From the human T2T-CHM13v2.0 reference genome, Homo sapiens, in the NCBI RefSeq assembly GCF_009914755.1, contig NC_060936.1: a stretch of DNA of 64,000 nucleotides, one strand, 5' to 3'. A model generated the notes under the pieces. That model was not told the DNA's origin. It worked only from the letters and a program-made list of their open reading frames with translations, and did no database searches. Below are positions 60,701-64,000 of this stretch, one piece after another (the first letter of the stretch is position 1; each line of letters starts with the position of its first letter). The position numbers and the translations under genes were made by a program.

Positions 60701-62119
60701 CTTGAGGCTGAAGGTTTTGAATTTGTGGTGTTGCCAATCTCCTAGGACCACACTTGTATATCTACACTATTTGGGTTAATTCTTTCACAAGTGTCTCTTC
60801 ATTTCTTCCCAGAGACAGTCTATCTTCTAGACGTACCACATGTGTCTGAATTTTTAGTGAGTGTAGAGTATAGGTCAGCTTCAGAGAGCCCTGTTGTTTT
60901 TTTAATCTATGTTCAGCATCGTTGAAATAATCCTATACAATGGCAATATTCTAAATCTTAGCTATCATGAAGTGTGTCCTAAGCATACATGTACTTCCAA
61001 ATTTGTTGTCATTTCTAAGTCCTGTAGGAAAAATTGAGTATTTTCTAAGCTCTCTATAAATGGCAATGTGAGACTAAAGCATTACATATTTTATGAATAA
61101 TTTATGTAGTCTGTGACACAGGTTTGACCAACCTTGTGCTGGAAACAAGGAACCTATGGTATTCCTTTTAAGTGTGGTGGAGTTTATGTTGTACAAATTT
61201 TTTATTGTTATTGTCATATAGGCATATTCTTAATTTGGGGAAATAGGTATTCAGGAATCTGAGAACACCGGAAAGTATTCTACTATGGTTACTGTGGTCT
61301 GATTGACTCAGCAGCTTATTGACACACATTTGCTTTTCCCTATATTCAAAAGAACCAATGTTTTCTTTCTAAAAGTGACTTCATCTTCCATCATAAATGC
61401 CTCTACTCTAAGGCCTGGTGAGAGAATTCTTTGGAAACCAAAGACCATTTAGTCATGTAGTGTGTATGTGGGGTTTTTCTCTTTAATTTATGAAGTTCTT
61501 TGAGTGAGTAAATTAAAAAGTGGTGTGTTAGTATTCTACATTTTGTTATTTTTGAGGAGAATGTTTCATAAGCAAGTTTATAATTTAAAAAATGTTTGTG
61601 ATCTTCTGTGAAACTTTTAGTTATATGCTATGCAAACTAATTGAACCATTTTACTGGCTTTTGATCAGAAGAATATTGAATAGTAGAAAGGGATAAGAAA
61701 CTTGGATTCTAATCCAAACCCTGACACTAACAACTGTTTCAGTAACTCTTTGTTTGGGTCCCAGTTTCCTGACTTGTGAAAAGAGGAGTTTTATTAGGTG
61801 ATTCTTAAAACACTTTCCAGATCTTAATCTCAATTTTAGTAGTTGACACAGCTGTTTGGCAGCATGGAAAAAAAAAGTCTAAACACTGTTAAGATTATTA
61901 ATTCGTATATGGTACAATTTAAATGTGCATGTTCAAGCCTGGGGTTTAAGTTAATAGTATTCATTCATTCATGCATACTTTCACTCAATATGAGTATCAG
62001 AAATTTGGGAAAAAATGAAGAATATGTATCAGTCCTCAAGTGGTTCACACTGTAGCAAGGAAGACAGATATGTCAGCTGATTATTAGAATAAACATGAGC
62101 AATGATCCTGCTATGATAT

Positions 62120-63030
62120 CTACATTTCAAACTCTCTTTTTAATATATCCAGCCTCCTATGTGGAATCTTCACTTGGCTGGCTCACAGCCCTTCAAATAC
62201 ATACCTCGGATTGAACAGTTGACTCCAGACCCTGCTCTCAAAACCGTTTCCTTCTAATGACCCCATCATTTACCTACTTGCTCAAGTCAGAAGTCTAGGA
62301 GTCTTGCCTGATTTCTGCCTCTTCTTCATTACTTCTGCATCTATTCCATCAGCAAGCTCTGACCCAATTCTATTCAGAACCTTCAATTCCCATGGCTACC
62401 ATTCTAATCCAACCCACCATCATAGCTTGCCTGGATCCCTATAAGAGCCTCCTTACTGTTCTCCTTCTTCCTTCATTCTTCAATTCATTCCAACCTAGTC
62501 CCAAAAAGCAGACGAGCAATCAATTAAAAATATAAATTTAATCATACCACTGCCTCCTTGGGGCTCCACTGGCTTCCTGTCGTGTCTTAAATGAAACCTA
62601 AATATTGTGTCTTAAATGAAACCTGAATATTGGCATCTATTGCCCCTTCCTATGTATCCAATCTCATCATGGCACTGTACCTTTTGGCCATAAACCTTGA
62701 GCCACCCTGGGTTAAGCTCTTCCTACCACAGAGTCTTCACGTGTGGTGTTCCATTGAATGACATTTTCATCTTTCTAATCTTACCAAGTCTGGCTTCTTC
62801 TCATTCTTCAGGTTTCAATTCAGACAACCTCTTCTCATTGACAACTTCTCTTACCTTCTAAATAGATTAACCTTCCTTACCTTTTTCTATTTCCACATTT
62901 ACAGCACTTACCACAATGTTTAATTTTCATTATATTTTGATTCCTTTATTTATTGACTTGCCCACTAGAATGACAGGAAATTATGAGTTTTATTTGCTTA
63001 GCATTTAGTCTAATCCTTATTGCACAACTC
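62120..63030 (+). mobile_element. Degenerate LINE-2 3' region
   Basis: tatccagcctccta...tcttcacttgg...ttgctcaagtcagaagtctaggagtc...cccactagaatg. Confidence 0.6.
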
Positions 63031-63659
63031 ACTAAAAATTATATGAATAAAATAAACCCAATTATTACTACTTTTTCTATTTTGTGATATAAAAATATTG
63101 AGGAAGTGAAAACAAAAGTCATTTTTTGACATTTCTTATAAATAATGTGTCTATACCAGTTACCAGTTATGCACAGATTGGCATGATTAACATAATACGC
63201 AATTTGTAGTAAGATCCATTCTTTGTTTTTAAAACCATACATTTATGGAGAACCATAAAAAGAAAATTCTAAATTGAACTAAGTCAAATTCTACTTCAGT
63301 ATTTATTTACATAGCAAGTTGTGGAAGAGTTTTAATTACTAATCCACTTAATGACTATTTAACAATTTTCACAAGATGGCAGTTCAACTTTTACTCTTGT
63401 ACTCTTAAAAATAAATAATAATGGTAAAGTTATTTCTGCTCATTAATTTCTCACTCATAAAGGACTACATACTAATGTGCTGGTAAATTGCCAGTGTTGG
63501 TGTGAAATAATTTATTTACTTTTTGGTCTTTTCTCTATTACATTGTGATCTTATTTTTTAATATCACATCATGGTCATAAATCCTATGGTTATAAATAAT
63601 AAAGACAAAGGAAATATAAAAATAATAAAAATATTTTTGCATTTATAAAGTAATTTGAA

Positions 63660-64000
63660 ATTATTAAATTGAGATTCCATCTCAAGAAACTACTTTCTTT
63701 GCTCATCCATAAGAAGCAAGTCTTTACCTGTTCAAATTTTATCATGAGATTGCAGAAATTCAGTTAATCTTTAGTGTCTACTTATTCTTATTCTAGTTCT
63801 CTTGATCTTTTCACCACTTTTGCAGTCCCTTCCTCCACTGAAGTCCTGAACCCTTCAAAATAATCCATGAGGGTTGAAATGAACTTTTTCCAAACTCTTG
63901 TTAAGGTAGATATTTTGACCCCCTCCTATGAATTGCAAATGTTCTGAATGGCATCTAGAATGGTGAATCCTTTCTAGAAGGTATTTAATTTACTTTGCCC
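63660..64000 (-). mobile_element. Tigger1 transposase-region fragment, runs off the window end
   Basis: tttctttgctcatccataagaagcaa...tttatcatgagattgcag; minus strand reads GQSKLNTF*KGFTILDAI. Confidence 0.8.

Overview
AT-rich, repeat-dense primate (human-like) genomic DNA. Positions 1-31877 are the 3' part of a long intron. The terminal coding exon of a TPR protein I recognise as TMTC2 lies at 31878-32057 (+), followed by a ~2.5 kb 3'UTR ending near AATAAA 34515. The rest is intergenic and contains a processed RPL6 pseudogene (50977-51900). Mobile elements include a complete two-LTR MST MaLR provirus, solo MaLR LTRs, a full-length antisense L1PB, a solo LTR12, a young 5'-truncated L1PA, a 5'-inverted L1PA, an MLT2/ERVL fragment, eight Alus, and old L2/MIR/DNA-transposon relics. 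Almost all short ORFs in the track are repeat-derived. I find no support for a new gene system. The most unusual signals are locus-specific rearrangement scars: a 257-bp inverted self-copy inside the L1PB, a 148-bp dispersed duplication with fold-back junctions, and an 84-bp triplication in the L1PB 5'UTR. A strong G-quadruplex motif sits in the TMTC2 3'UTR. Gene names and repeat subfamilies are from recalled consensus sequences, not database searches, and mismatch counts were done by hand.
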